From Perkinsus chesapeaki ATCC PRA-425 (Eukaryota > Protista > Perkinsozoa), in the NCBI GenBank assembly GCA_013115145.1, contig JAAPAO010000232.1:1-49309 (forward strand): 49,309 bases of DNA, written 5' to 3'. The notes under the pieces are model-generated. The model ran no database searches, had not been told where the DNA came from, and saw nothing but the letters and a program-made list of their open reading frames with translations. The position numbers and the translations under genes are program-made. This document shows, piece by piece, positions 1 to 11,966 of this stretch. Numbering within the stretch: the stretch's first letter is position 1; each line of letters opens with the position of its first letter.

Positions 1-164
1 CGTCATCTGCATTGTGTTCATTATGGATCCGCCACCAGCTCTTTCCGACGGACACCTTGGTTCGTCGCCACAACTTTACTACTAGTAGTAGCGGGTACGC
101 TAACTCTTGCAATCTTGCAATTCCTCAACGGTGTGTACCGTCGTCGTATTGGTGACGTGTGGAC

Positions 165-1555
165 ATGAAGAGGCCAAGGTTATGTGGTGACAGGCTTATG
201 TTTGGGGTGTATCCCCACGGGATGAGGGATGTTGCCGTGTACGAGGTCAGTGATTGTTGTAAAGCTACGGTAAAGGAGGAGTATCTTGAGCTTGACGCTT
301 TAACATTTGGATACGCGGAAGGTTGCCAGCCTGTCGGGTGCTTTTATAATATATTTATTTATATTGGCATTGACCATATTAAAGATGGTTCTATAGAGGA
401 GGTTAAGCACGCTTTGATGAGACTGAAAGTAAAGGAGGCTTTCCGCGATGATTTGCTTCAAAAATACAAGTCTTGGCGAGTTCGCGGGTATAGATATGCA
501 AAAGATGGTATGGAGCATAATTTCAATACTATGGATCTTGAAAAGGTTACAGCTGACTGTATTGATAGTGACAAGCCGGTCGACCTGTCTGATAATGTAG
601 AGGTTGAAGTGGTAGTGTGGTTATATGACAATACGATTGTTGTTGGTTGGAGGCCTAAAGAGGCATGGGAAAGGATCGACGCTGGCAAGGGTAAGATTTC
701 TTGGGACCAGGATTATCGCCTATACATATGGAATAGATTGATCTATCCAGCTCAACTGTATAGTGGCTCACGCCTCCTTTCTGTCAGCTATGTCGATCAA
801 TAAGGGCAACAGGAACAGCCGCGCCCCGGATGCCGTGTCATTCTGTATAGCCCATTTAGCGTTGATGAACCATAAAGTTGTTGAAGAGGATATGATAGTA
901 GTTGACCCTATGTGTGGCGTTGGATCTTATCTATTTGCCATGTAATATTGTTACTCTTTATTACATTACCTTTTCAAAGGTACTTCATATTGGCAGTGCG
1001 GTCGTCTAACAAATCTATCAAGCTCTATGGCTACGACCAAGATGAGGAGGCCATTGCCATAGCGAGATCCAATGCCACGAGGCTTGGCTGGGATATTGCC
1101 TTTCAGGTAGCTTATACTGGTTAGTAGTAGTATTATTATATAGGTTAGAGACTGTGCTGAAGCTGTGGGGCCGAAAGGAGCTGATGGCCTGTCTGGTGGC
1201 GATCTACCTATTAAGGCTGATTTAGTACTAGTAGATCCACCATGGGGACATAGACATCTCACGCACTCAATGGTAGTATCTTAGCTCCGATCTTGCAAGA
1301 TACATAATAGGTTGGGTAGGTTCGCAAGTTGTATCCTAGATGGTCACGTAGTTGGTTATCCCTATTAAAGAATGACAACTCCTTATGCGTTGTGGTAACG
1401 ATACGGACAAGTCATATTGAGAAGGAAGTAAGTCGTTGCGTCTGGCATTCCCAATCTTATATCTTTCTCCAATTCGCACTGTACAGATTTGCCCAGAAAA
1501 GCAAGTGATGGAGTTTACTATCGATCATACTTTTACTCACTTTGTGCAGTCGTAA
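165..1555 (+). CDS. THUMP-domain / UPF0020-type RNA (m2G-like) methyltransferase, multi-exon
   Basis: Spliced model using introns such as 691-787 and 942-979 gives SAM-binding motif VVDPMCGVGS, YGYDQDEEAIAIARSN and motif IV DLVLVDPPWG; last exon ends at TAA 1553-1555. Start codon uncertain. Confidence 0.75.
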
Positions 1556-1879
1556 TTCCTGAAATATCTTTATAACCTACTGAGAGCGCACTGTGAAGGA
1601 TTCTTGCTCGGTTATGTCGGATGCAGATACTCCCTCATTTACGTTACAGAGTTTCTGGATTCCGAGAAGTGGCTCGAGTGCGGTTTGATAATATGGGTTT
1701 CGGCCAGTGCACTGCTTACCTCTGGGCTGTTGATAGCTATAATAAGCCACGTTGACATTCGAACTATTGAGTTGTTGTTGATGGTACTATTGGCTGGGTC
1801 TTTGGCTTTGTTTTATGGATCCGTTGAGGGCAGCTAGTTTACTGGGAGCGACGGCAATGAGGAGGAGGTAGTATTGTAA

Positions 1880-4800
1880 TGGATACACTAGAAGTTAGAT
1901 ATCTAGTAGTAGTGATGGTGCAGCATTATGCAGCACTGGTGGGATGGGAGGGAGTAATGCAGATGATGAAGTCATCTTGGAAGTGATATATCTTACTTTG
2001 ATAAGGAGTATTTATTATTAGACCGTAGAGACCACACGGCGGTCGAGTAAGCCTTCCATGTGCCTGAGATTGTTGATTTATAAAGCATCTAACCTAGCAG
2101 CAGCAGATGGGACGTCATCTGATCCGTAGTGATGCTATTAAGGCATGGATTTAGTGGGACGTAGTAGGTATGTTAAAGTAGAGTTCGATGGCAAAGTACA
2201 TAGGACGCCAATTGAGCATCAGACTTTGGAACCGGTAGAAGGCGATTAATGAAGAGGGGGGAATCTAGGTTAGGTATTTGAAGATACTTGGGAGGTTAAC
2301 TTTACGCCAAGAGATGAAAAGATACCATTGAGGTTAACTTTGTACGACCATGATCGATTTGGTGGTGATGACTTACTAGGTTGGTAAATTGTTTATATTG
2401 AACGGGATAGCAGGATTCAGGTTATTATATAATGGATGTAGAACCATTTGTGAAGGGTCCTAATAGAGCCGAGGGTAGACTTGAAGGTGTACCTAAACCA
2501 TGGTTTGGCAGTAAAGCACCATTGAGTAAGATTATGGGGGTTCGACATGAAATTGGTTAGAGGTTATGATTCCGGAAGCTTGTTATATGAGCTGGGTTGA
2601 GCAAGCTGCTTGGAATGGTATAACTTCACTGATTGATGGAGGTTAGGCCTTTATGAGTGTATCTATGGGAGACGGCAGTTGAGATTTCAGTAGTATAGGT
2701 ACCATCACTGTTGTGTGGGACGTATGTGATGATTTGGGAGCTCCTAACCAAGCTGATTTGGTGGCTCTGGCTACTGGAGAGGACGCTTTGGACATGAAAG
2801 ATTGGATACTGAGTAGGTGATGGTATTGGAGGGAGAAGGAAGGGTATCAGGTATTAAAGTGAAGGGGGTTGACTTGAAGCTGGAAGGAGAGACAAAGGAA
2901 GCATATTGTGTGGCTTTGGTGACGAGGAAATCTGAATCTAGCATAAAAGTCATTACTAAGCAATTGAGCGGTACAGTTCCCTTAGAGACAGGGGAGATGG
3001 ACTGGCGGGTTGATGATGTTGATATAAAGAAGTCAACTGAGGTAGGGCCATCTTTGAGGAAGGGAGCTTCTGAATTTAGTGAACCACTCGGACATGTTGG
3101 ATTCCCAAAGGAATCTTTGTGAGATTGCCACCTCTATCCTGCAGGATCCTTGATCTTGAAGCGCTCTTTAGGCCCAGCTAGGTGAGTATGAGCTCTGTAT
3201 CAAGTGTTATGTTATTATTAAAGAGAAGCCATCGCTGGCGGGGTCATGGAGGCAGTCTTTGGATGCCTTATTAGGGGCCATTAGAGCTTACGACGCCAGG
3301 CAGGTCATCTGTGATGTTGTCGCCAGAAGCGGGCTTGGGCTTAGGTATCTGTGTTGGGGTATGATGCATGATACAGGGAAAGTTCTGGTGGATATTGATA
3401 TTTGTGAGGAAGGAGCGGTATGGCATAGACAGGGCAAGGGGGTGCCGAGGAGAGATGAAGGGTTGATAGGAGATGGTGGAGAGGAGGAGAGAGAGTTATA
3501 TCTGCACGCGTGCGCAGAAAATTTACCAGTGCGGAGTAAAGGGTATTATATTGTTATTAAAGTAGCTCATGGAAGGTCAGTGGAAAGTAGCACGATTTTT
3601 GGTAATGGACGGAATGGTTTGATGCAATGGGATCCTGTGAGGGTAGTTGTAAAGGGTAAGCGATTGGTGATGGAGATAAGGAGCGGTAGAGACTTTATTA
3701 TTGGTCGAATAGTAGTATTAAATGTTCGTACTAGACAAGCTGTATGGTACCATCTACATGGAGGAGTACTACCTAGTGCTCCTCGTGAGGATGTCAGCAG
3801 GGCAATGGTGATGACAGGGACACCTAAGCCGTCGACATATAGGGGATCGGTGTGCATTTACTTATCAAAGCAAGCAACAGTACCAGATAGGCTATGGCCA
3901 CCGTTGGGAAGAAAGGAGGATAATATTAAAAGATTGAAGGTACGATAAGGATTTAACGGGGCTCAGAAAGTACTACCGTTTGTCGTGTGAAAAGTGAGAT
4001 GACTTGCTGCTTGTGTCGGGGGTGCGGCGGGATTTTGTTTTGTAGGTTCAAATTTGCGGTGGTATTTATCTACCTTTAAAATATCATAATGTGATAATAG
4101 ATGTTATTATCAAATTGTCGGGTGTTTGGGGAGGGAGCGGTATGGATGTGATGGTGGTGCCAGCATTTGTGGACTCCACTGGTGTTATGAGGTTATTGCC
4201 TGGGAATGGTACTGAGAGAAGTGTCAAGGACATTGTGAGAGAATACAAAGCGAAGCGAAGCCGAGGACAGGGCTCAGTATGGTCGTGTGGTAATATAAGT
4301 ATTGATGATGGTGGTATTAAGGAAGGCTTTGTTGAGATTGAAAGGGTCATACCGATACTTCCATCCGTGACTCATCTTTATGTGTATACCCGTCCTCATG
4401 GTGATACAGGACATCCCACTGAGTTTTGTAGAGTTAGGCTTGATGGTCTGTTGAAGTGGGAACGATTAAGGGTTGATCAGAGTGTTGCTGGCCAGTCTCG
4501 AGGTGGAAGATTCCCAAGTGACTTTGCGGGATTCATGTTGGTTGCTGCTGATATAGAGGATGTTAATAACTATGGCATTTGTGTCGAGGAAAGCTCTATT
4601 AGTGTATCTGATAGAGGTTTATGTTGCTATCGTACATCATCATTACGGACTAACTACAACTTCGTAGCGTGGAGTGAAGGGCGAAGGAAGGAGTATGTGT
4701 TGACTGTTGAGATACTTCAAGGTAAGGCCTTTCCTACTGGTGATGATGACTGTGATTGTGTGCCTTTGTGGAGGCTGAGGGCTGGGGATAAGACCGTGGT

Positions 4801-7800
4801 TGCGGAGGAGGATTCTGTACCGCAAACCAGTAATCCTTTATATTTACAGAAGGTCAGTGTGTTGGTCCATCTTGGAGAAGGGATACCAGCACCACCAGTT
4901 GTTATTGATATTATTGATTTAGAGGGTGGACGAAGGAAAATAATGATAGGGAGGAGTATCTTGAGGTTGACCATGCAAGATACCAAGGAGGTCCAGCTGG
5001 AGACTAGTCCTAGATGGTATGCTGTTGATTCGTCTGGAGAGAGCACGTCTTTCAAAGATGGTCTTGAGGGGCAGCGATGGAAGAAAAGAGCCAAGCTTTT
5101 GGTTTCGGCAAGATATCATTCTTTGGAAGGTGCGTACTGTGAAGATTTTGGAAAGATTCTTCCGATCACATCTGAAGATCAAGCTAGCTTTGATGTTGTT
5201 ATCGACCTACTGGGTATCCGTGGAGTAAATGATACCATTAAGGAGTGTGATTTAACAGTACAGGGTTATTGGTCACACCGTGCCCGGATCGATGTCGATG
5301 ACTCTCCCATGCCCAATCCTAACTTTACACAATCTGATGGCGAGCTTGTCGGTATGAGGATTAGACCACCATTGTAGGTTAAAGTGGTAGCTAGGGGAAA
5401 TGGATGTCGCTTTGTTGATCAGGTTGACAGTACCAATATTGAAATGTATAGATGGAATACTGTTGCCTGATATACAGCTTGTTCTTACCAATAATGGTGG
5501 AACTAAGGAGTGCGGTAGAGTATCTTTGCCACTGTGTGATTATATGCTTGGCACTACTACGAAGCCACCGGCATCCTTGGAGACCTCGTCCTCCTCCTGC
5601 TTCGAAGGGGCTGTGCTGAATCCGGAGATGTATTGCTGTTATGTTGATGTGTTCTCCCCTCACAGTGGTAATGTAACCATCAATGATGATATCCAGGTTG
5701 GCAGGCAACTGTCGGGAAAAGATGATCTTGCTAGTGTTGAATATTATAAGGAAGGGAGTGGCAGGTTGAGAAGGACTTTGGCAGCGGTTTTGGATACTGA
5801 TGAAAATCTACACAGTGTGATGAGCGTATCTTTGTATCCTACAGACGCTTATCCAACATTAACAGTTAATAGGGACAACAAAGAACCGTTGGGTTGGTGT
5901 GAGCGTGGGCTTGGCTTGGATATGGATGGTATTAAGTCATGTCGAGAATTAAGGGAAGAGGCGGCTAAGAAGGGGTGGAGGATGGTATCCAAGCAGCATG
6001 CTTTACCTCATCAGGTTACCTCCCGAGGCAGCTACTGCAGCTGCAGCTTTGCATTGGTTTGATCAGGTTGATGGTGACTGGAAGAATCTACATACATTTA
6101 TGCGCTCAGTTGGGCATGTATGTGATCCAGCGGTTGGTGATAGTCTGATATTGGCAAGGTTTAGGATAGAGAACACTAATAACATCTTGTGCATTAAGGT
6201 GTTATTCTTATTATTGATGATGGTGATACTGGTAAGTTGTATGTTTGTAGATGAGAAGGTCCGTGATCAAGGAAGGAGAAGTCTATTCGGTCATTTGTGC
6301 CCCTCCCTGTGGTACAGCAGTGTTTAGTAAACCTGGGGAGGTGAGGATCTCGACCTATTTGGAATCTTGCACGCTTAGAGCTCAGATACTTTTTGTAATG
6401 AAAGATAGTAGTAGTGGTAGAAAGTTCGCTGTTACCACCCCAAGCTTCGACATGCGTTACCCCTTTGAAAGTGGCTTTATTGTGGCCAAGACACTCCATC
6501 AAAGGTCATCACTTGGAGCCTTTTGTTCCTTGTGATAATAATCAAACATAAGCTAGGTATGGGGATCTGGCTGCACGCATGCGCAACGATGAAGGGGACA
6601 GGATTGTGTGTGATCATTCATCGGTAGTCGGATGGTCGAGGTTGTAATAATTGGTGTTGTAATAGTCATATGTTAACGAGGGGGAGTTCATATTGAGATT
6701 GAGGAAGACAGGGCCTTTGGATAGGGACAGCGCACGCAATTGGTGATGACCCAGTGTGAGTATAATAACAGCACCATCGATGTCAGGTATATGTGGGCGG
6801 AGAGGAATGTTATTAGTTGTAATGCAGTGTTATACGGTTTGAATATTAAAGAACACTTTACCTTTGGAGAATCATCTAATAAAAAGTTGGGTATGATTAA
6901 AGGCAATCTTACAGTGGAGAGGGTGGATGACCCTCCTCATCATGACGATGATGATGTGAGATATTCAACTCCAGTAGATCGTGAATGGATAGTTGAAGAT
7001 GTTATAATTGATATATATATATTAACTGCTGAGGAGTTGGTAAGGGGGGAGGGTGAGGGTGTGATGAGGTTAGTAATGTGCATCGCAGGTTAATATGGAT
7101 ACCTTTGGGAAATCAGACCCTTATATTAAATTGGAAGTAGTTGGCGGAGAGAGCGGTATGAGCAAGAACGTTCATAAGGATAATCTCAATCCTCATTTCT
7201 ATGAACATTTCAAATTGAAGTGTAAAATGCCAGGTGACGAGGTGGTCGCAGGTTCGATTCCTGGATGAGGCATTTTTAAGCAGGCCACAGTATCTTGAGA
7301 ATCAACGTAATGGATGAAGATGTACTAGGATCAGAGTTGCTGGGGTGTACCGAGATTGATATCGAGGACAGATGGTTGTTGTTCCATCGTAATCATCTCC
7401 CCTTCATAAGCCCTATAGAACATGCGCCTATCAAAAGGGATGGTCAAATCACTGGTTATATAAGGTTCATAATATCAATATTGAGACTGGAAGTGTCTAA
7501 CCAGGTTTTGCATAGATATGCATAGAGCCGAAGTGCATTATAAAGAGATGCAATTGAACAACTTACTGCTTACCTCTTCGATGGAGTGTTTCGATATCAG
7601 ATTGGTTTTATGGGACGTGAGGGATATATCAATATTTAAAGATTATGGTCAAAGAAATGACGTATTGGTCGTAGCTAGTTTTGTCACCAAGACCTATGAT
7701 GGTAAGGAAGGGATTTGTCACTTCTGCACATTTGGCTTTATCAGGTAAAGTAAGTATTGTGACAAAGAGGACTGACGTTCATAAATTTGCTCATGATAGT

Positions 7801-8656
7801 GCCAGCTTCAACTATCGCATGGTATTCAAAGGCATAGAGGCGCCGGTTGCGTATGCTGCTCTCAAGTTTAGCCTAATGGATGCTGATACGATCAGCAAGG
7901 TAAAGGGCGCAGGTTCGAACCCCACCGGCGGTATTTTTATATCGTCCGCTACAGTCTTGTGCAATGAGCTGTCCCCTGTTGTTTAGGATGACCCTATTTA
8001 CCATCCTAAGATGCTCCCGCTTGATCATCTTATTAGTTTGGCTATTGATACTGATGAAGTGACACTAAGCCCTTGGGAAACTGAGGTTATCTAGCGACCC
8101 GCAGCTAGAGGTGTCAGAATAATGCCGAGCTTAGGTTGTATTCGATAAGTGGGATGAGGATGATACAATTGAGAATAAATGCGTCCCTTGTAAAAATGAG
8201 TTGTGGTGATCTCTCAAGCGATGAGGGTATCTCAGGTCGAAGGTCGAAGAAGGCGGTGACACCAGCAAGAATGAGGGTTGAAGTATGCGGGCTTATGCCT
8301 GATCGATTACTGAAGTGCATCCGTGTGTTGGTGATAGATTAGAGTTATACCATCAATATTAGCCGAGGAATGCCCAGTTGGTGAAGGGCAAGATGAGCCT
8401 AATAACGATCCCATATTATTACCACCGTCGGGGAGACTTCAATGGGCTTCGTTTATCAGCAAGCCTGGTGGGCGAGGGGGGAGACTGTCCCCTTTTTTGT
8501 GTGATGTCTTCTTGTGTAGGAGACTTTACCCGACGTATCCTAGGTCCAAGGAGGATGAAGTCCCTCAAGTGTTGTTGTGTAACATGCGTTGTTGTCTTCA
8601 TCATCGTCATCACGGCACTGGTGTTTGGGTTTTTGTGGCTTACATTTAAGAATTGA
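1880..8656 (+). CDS. Ferlin-like multi-C2-domain tail-anchored membrane protein, multi-exon
   Basis: C2 signatures LLIYKASNLAAADGTSSDP/YVKVEFDGKVHRT (~2070-2235), EYVLTVEILQGKAF...PQTSNPLY (4091-5377 ORF), MPGHSILRINVMDEDVLGSELLGCTEIDIEDRW, DIRLVLWDVRD...RTDVHKFAHDSASFNYRMVF, and a C-terminal TM helix ending FLWLTFKN*. 5' boundary approximate; could be two genes split near 3950-4090. Confidence 0.8.
7244..7277 (+). other. Isolated tRNA 3'-end fragment inside a 50-nt ferlin intron (7234-7283)
   Basis: GGTC-GCAGG-TTCGATT-CCTGG-ATGAGGC-A-TTTTT: T-arm, 7-nt acceptor strand, discriminator and T-run; upstream sequence is coding exon, so no 5' half. Confidence 0.7.
7909..7938 (+). other. Isolated tRNA 3'-end fragment inside ferlin intron 7900-7986
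   Basis: GCAGG-TTCGAAC-CCCAC-CGGCGGT-A-TTTTT, starting 9 nt after the GT donor. Confidence 0.7.
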
Positions 8657-8756
8657 ACTTTTCCGTTGTGGTATTGTCTATTGTAGTGTTTATATGTATT
8701 TTACACTTTTTCAATCAGAAGTTGTTGTTACTAACTCCTGCCTCTTTTCTTACATT

Positions 8757-10363
8757 ATGTTTCTCGATTGCATACCATTAGCCGGAAGCCGAGCCATCGA
8801 CCTCAAACCCGCTGAGCTTGAGGATAGGCTTATGCATCATAAGTAATCAAAAGATACAAAATAGGTTGACTTGCCTACCTTGACGTATATTTTCAGATAT
8901 GCTGCTGGTGAGTATACACCTCTAGATATGTTCTTCATGCCCTTCTGGAATGCTTGTACCGATGTAAATAATAATCATACCAAATTTCCGTCACATCATC
9001 CATCTTTAGGCGTTCCCTCGTACCATATCTCCTAATGCTATTACATTATCTGGATTCTTCTTCATATGCCTCATCTACGTCTTTATAGTCATGTCACCAA
9101 CCCGCCATGTCTGGCATTTCTTTGCAGCCGCCTTCTGCGTCTTCGCTGGACAGGTAACCACCAACAAACCTCCTCCTCCTCAAGAAGTATGATACCTTTT
9201 CAGACCCTGGATGCCATGGATGGTAAACAAGCGCGTAGGTTAGGTGTATCATCACCGTTGGGTGCCATCCTCGATCACGGTGTTGATGCCTGTACTATGG
9301 GCATACTCATGCTCTCTGTAGCGAGATGCCTCGGTGCACCTGGTAAGTACTTTCATTACATTAATTAATTATTATCAACCTCAGGCGAGTTCCCTAATGA
9401 CATCCCCGTAGCAGTTCCCGCTGTTCTGGCTGTGGTGTCATGTTTCTGGTTACCCCACTGGAACCACATGCACACCGGTAAATTACAAGTTGGTGGTGTT
9501 ACTGAAGCTCAAGCTCTCGTTGGCATTTTCTATCTAATTTGTGGTGTGTTTGGAGAGGACTTTTTCCGTAAAGATACCCTCTTCATCCCTGGTTGGACCA
9601 GAGGAGAGGTAACCCTCCTCCCATCCGCCTTACACTGCCATATCACCACCTTTTAGTTACTAGTGTACGCGGTTCTTATTGGGGCATCTTTGCTCTGTGC
9701 CTATGATATCCTTACCTGTCTCTTTGCTTCTAAGGATAAGGTTCATACTTCCTTCGGTAAGATGGTGGAGGGTGGATTCGAACCAGGGACCTTTGGGTTT
9801 TTATTAGGTTATCGTTTATATACCCTAATGCCTTTGGCACTTTTGTATTCCTGTGCCTACCTGATGGATGCTGGACTCCTGAAGACTGGCAAATCTTCTA
9901 TGGGTTATGTTCTCCATGCTAGTAATAACATCCACCCTGGTTCAATCCCCGGTCAAAGCATCTTATTTCAGTTGCTATATACTTCGTTCTTATCGCTGAA
10001 CATGTACTGATATCAAATGTAGTTGAAGAGTGCTACGTTAACAGAGCCTGCAAGGCCCTAATGCCCCTTATGCTCACTACAGCATTAGTGCTGGTAGCAC
10101 CACGACCTCCATTATGAATTAATTATACCGTATTTCCCTCAGATCATTCCTACCACATGGGTTAATCCTGTAATGGTATGTTGCTGTGTGTAAGTATCTC
10201 TTCTTTCTATCATTATTATTATCATCATAACAGATACGGTTTCCTGACCTTCTGCAAGATGGCCGCGACAACATTGAATGAGATGTGTAATGCACTCGGC
10301 ATCGACCTTATTAAATTACCCCCAAATGCTGACGTGAAAGGTGAAGCTAAGAAGACTGACTAA
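8757..10363 (+). CDS. CDP-alcohol phosphatidyltransferase (choline/ethanolamine phosphotransferase, CEPT/EPT family), multi-exon
   Basis: Family motif QTLDAMDGKQARRLGVSSPLGAILDHGVDA (DG-x2-AR-x8-G-x3-D-x3-D); N-terminal HKYAAGEYTPLD...FWN and ISPNAITLSG; C-terminal KKTD dilysine ER-retrieval motif. Confidence 0.92.
9763..9793 (-). other. Isolated tRNA 3'-end fragment, antisense, inside a 51-nt CEPT intron (9757-9807)
   Basis: Minus strand AAGGTC-CCTGG-TTCGAAT-CCACC-CTCCACC-A-TCTT. Confidence 0.7.
9936..9964 (+). other. Isolated tRNA 3'-end fragment inside the CEPT intron ending at 9971
   Basis: CCTGG-TTCAATC-CCCGG-TCAAAGC-A-TCTT. Confidence 0.6.
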
Positions 10364-10468
10364 ATACTATCTTCATACCATTCCCGAGGGATGTGCCTAT
10401 ATTGCTAACACCCAACTACTGCTTTGAGTTCATCATCACAACTAGTGTAGAGATTTGTCTTTATTATA

Positions 10469-11860
10469 ATGTCAGTAACAACTTCACAATTCTGGGATAA
10501 AGTCTGCGGCTCTACTATTAGTAACCCACCAACTGAAGCAACCTTGGTAAGGCCCCCACGGGTGCCATCTGTTATGCCGTGTGTTGTTGCCATTGCTGGT
10601 CTCATTATCGAGGGCCTCAGACCAATCCTTATAGGGGCACTTCTTACTGCACCATTATTGTCTGCTACTGCGCAAACAAGGAGACTATTGTTAATATTAG
10701 CAGCTTTTGTTATACCTGTTATGCTGTGGATGAGGTCAAGATATCATGTTGGTGGTCGAGAGATTAATCCTGGTATTTACGGTAATTTCAATAACAGCTC
10801 GTTGTCCAGTGCCAAGAGGATCGAGAGAGCTCTTAATAGGGCGGTTGACAAGTACAGACCGACGCCCTACCTTTTTAATGGTCACCTGCGTACAATAGTT
10901 CCCCACATTTTAATGCATGGCAGCGCCCCTCCACATGGTTTACGTCGTCGATGGTTACCTGTAGACGGTCAACATATAGGTTTAGATATTCTTTTGCCGT
11001 CGGATATTGTATGTCCTAGAGGAGTTTTGGTATTGCTTCATGGGCTCAATGGTGGCTCTACTGAGTCCTATGTGGTTGATATGTATAAAGCCTGTGAAGA
11101 GCGTGGATATGTGGCGTGCTGTATGTTGGGTAGAGGCCTTGCTGGTACACCCTTCACCGGCGGTCCGAAAGATACATTTTGCCCCAGTAGAGTGTCCGAT
11201 GTATCATCTGTTATCAACATGTTCCATACCTCTTGTCCAGGCCTTCCTGTTCATTTGGCTGGGTGGAGCCTCGGCGGTGTAGTGGCAGCTAATGTCGTCG
11301 CTAAGTGTGGTTCTGAGCTGAAGGGCGTGCTTACGAGCTGCGTGGTGGTGTCTGGTGGCCTTCGAGTTTGGGAGATATTCGATAGTCGATGTGCTGTGGA
11401 ATTATGGCATCCCTTATTAGCATTTGAGCTTAAGAGAAGTCTCCTCTGGCGAATGGTCAGCCTTACTGGTTACGAGCCTCAGCATGATAATTGGTATTAT
11501 AGTTGTACCAATCTTCTTGAAGTTGAAACTGCCTTGGTTGCTCCAGCGCATGGCTTTGATAGTGTTTGGGACTATTATAGAGCGATGAGTGCCGATGATG
11601 AAGGCAAATGTCGCGATATAACAGTGCCTACCCTTATCGTTCATGCTGCTGATGATCCTGTCATTCACGTCGATTCGGCCGGCCCTAAGCCCACCGAAGA
11701 GGCGCACGACTTATGTGAGTACCTCTTTGCAATTATAACCGAAACAGGAGGGCATGTTGGTTGGCCACAGGGGTACATGCCCTGGCAAGGGGGCTTTTCT
11801 TGGATATCTAACACTGCGATTGACTTTGCCGATGCTACCCTGCCGCATCAGACGTATTGA
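10469..11860 (+). CDS. Alpha/beta hydrolase, ABHD1/2/3-YheT family, copy 1 (intronless)
   Basis: LHGLNGG oxyanion segment, GWSLGG nucleophile, HAADDP (Asp), GGHVGW (His); N-terminal hydrophobic segment. Confidence 0.92.
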   Translation: MSVTTSQFWDKVCGSTISNPPTEATLVRPPRVPSVMPCVVAIAGLIIEGLRPILIGALLTAPLLSATAQTRRLLLILAAFVIPVMLWMRSRYHVGGREINPGIYGNFNNSSLSSAKRIERALNRAVDKYRPTPYLFNGHLRTIVPHILMHGSAPPHGLRRRWLPVDGQHIGLDILLPSDIVCPRGVLVLLHGLNGGSTESYVVDMYKACEERGYVACCMLGRGLAGTPFTGGPKDTFCPSRVSDVSSVINMFHTSCPGLPVHLAGWSLGGVVAANVVAKCGSELKGVLTSCVVVSGGLRVWEIFDSRCAVELWHPLLAFELKRSLLWRMVSLTGYEPQHDNWYYSCTNLLEVETALVAPAHGFDSVWDYYRAMSADDEGKCRDITVPTLIVHAADDPVIHVDSAGPKPTEEAHDLCEYLFAIITETGGHVGWPQGYMPWQGGFSWISNTAIDFADATLPHQTY

Positions 11861-11966
11861 ATATTTCTTTCATTATTGTTAGTATTATTATGATGGGTCT
11901 TCGTGATTCTCATCACCTTCTGATGTTGCGTTATTTCCCTATCACCCGTTCATTAGTCTTACCATT

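Noticed and set aside
690-990. Apparent frameshifts between consecutive ORFs (here and at about 5375-5400, 27675-27690 and elsewhere)
   Set aside because: Resolved by short in-frame GT-AG introns (e.g. 691-787, 942-979, 5352-5394); no need to invoke pseudogenes or recoding.
1604-1837. 77-aa hydrophobic ORF between the methyltransferase and ferlin genes
   Set aside because: TTG start and no recognisable motif; may be 5' exons of the ferlin gene in another frame.
4041-4067. GTAGG-TTCAAAT-TTGCGGTGGTA-TTT, resembling the tRNA 3' fragments
   Set aside because: Lacks the CC of the B-box and the spacing is off, so it was not counted.
9889-9971. Possible GC-AG intron in CEPT
   Set aside because: A GT donor at 9904 in the same phase explains the junction equally well.
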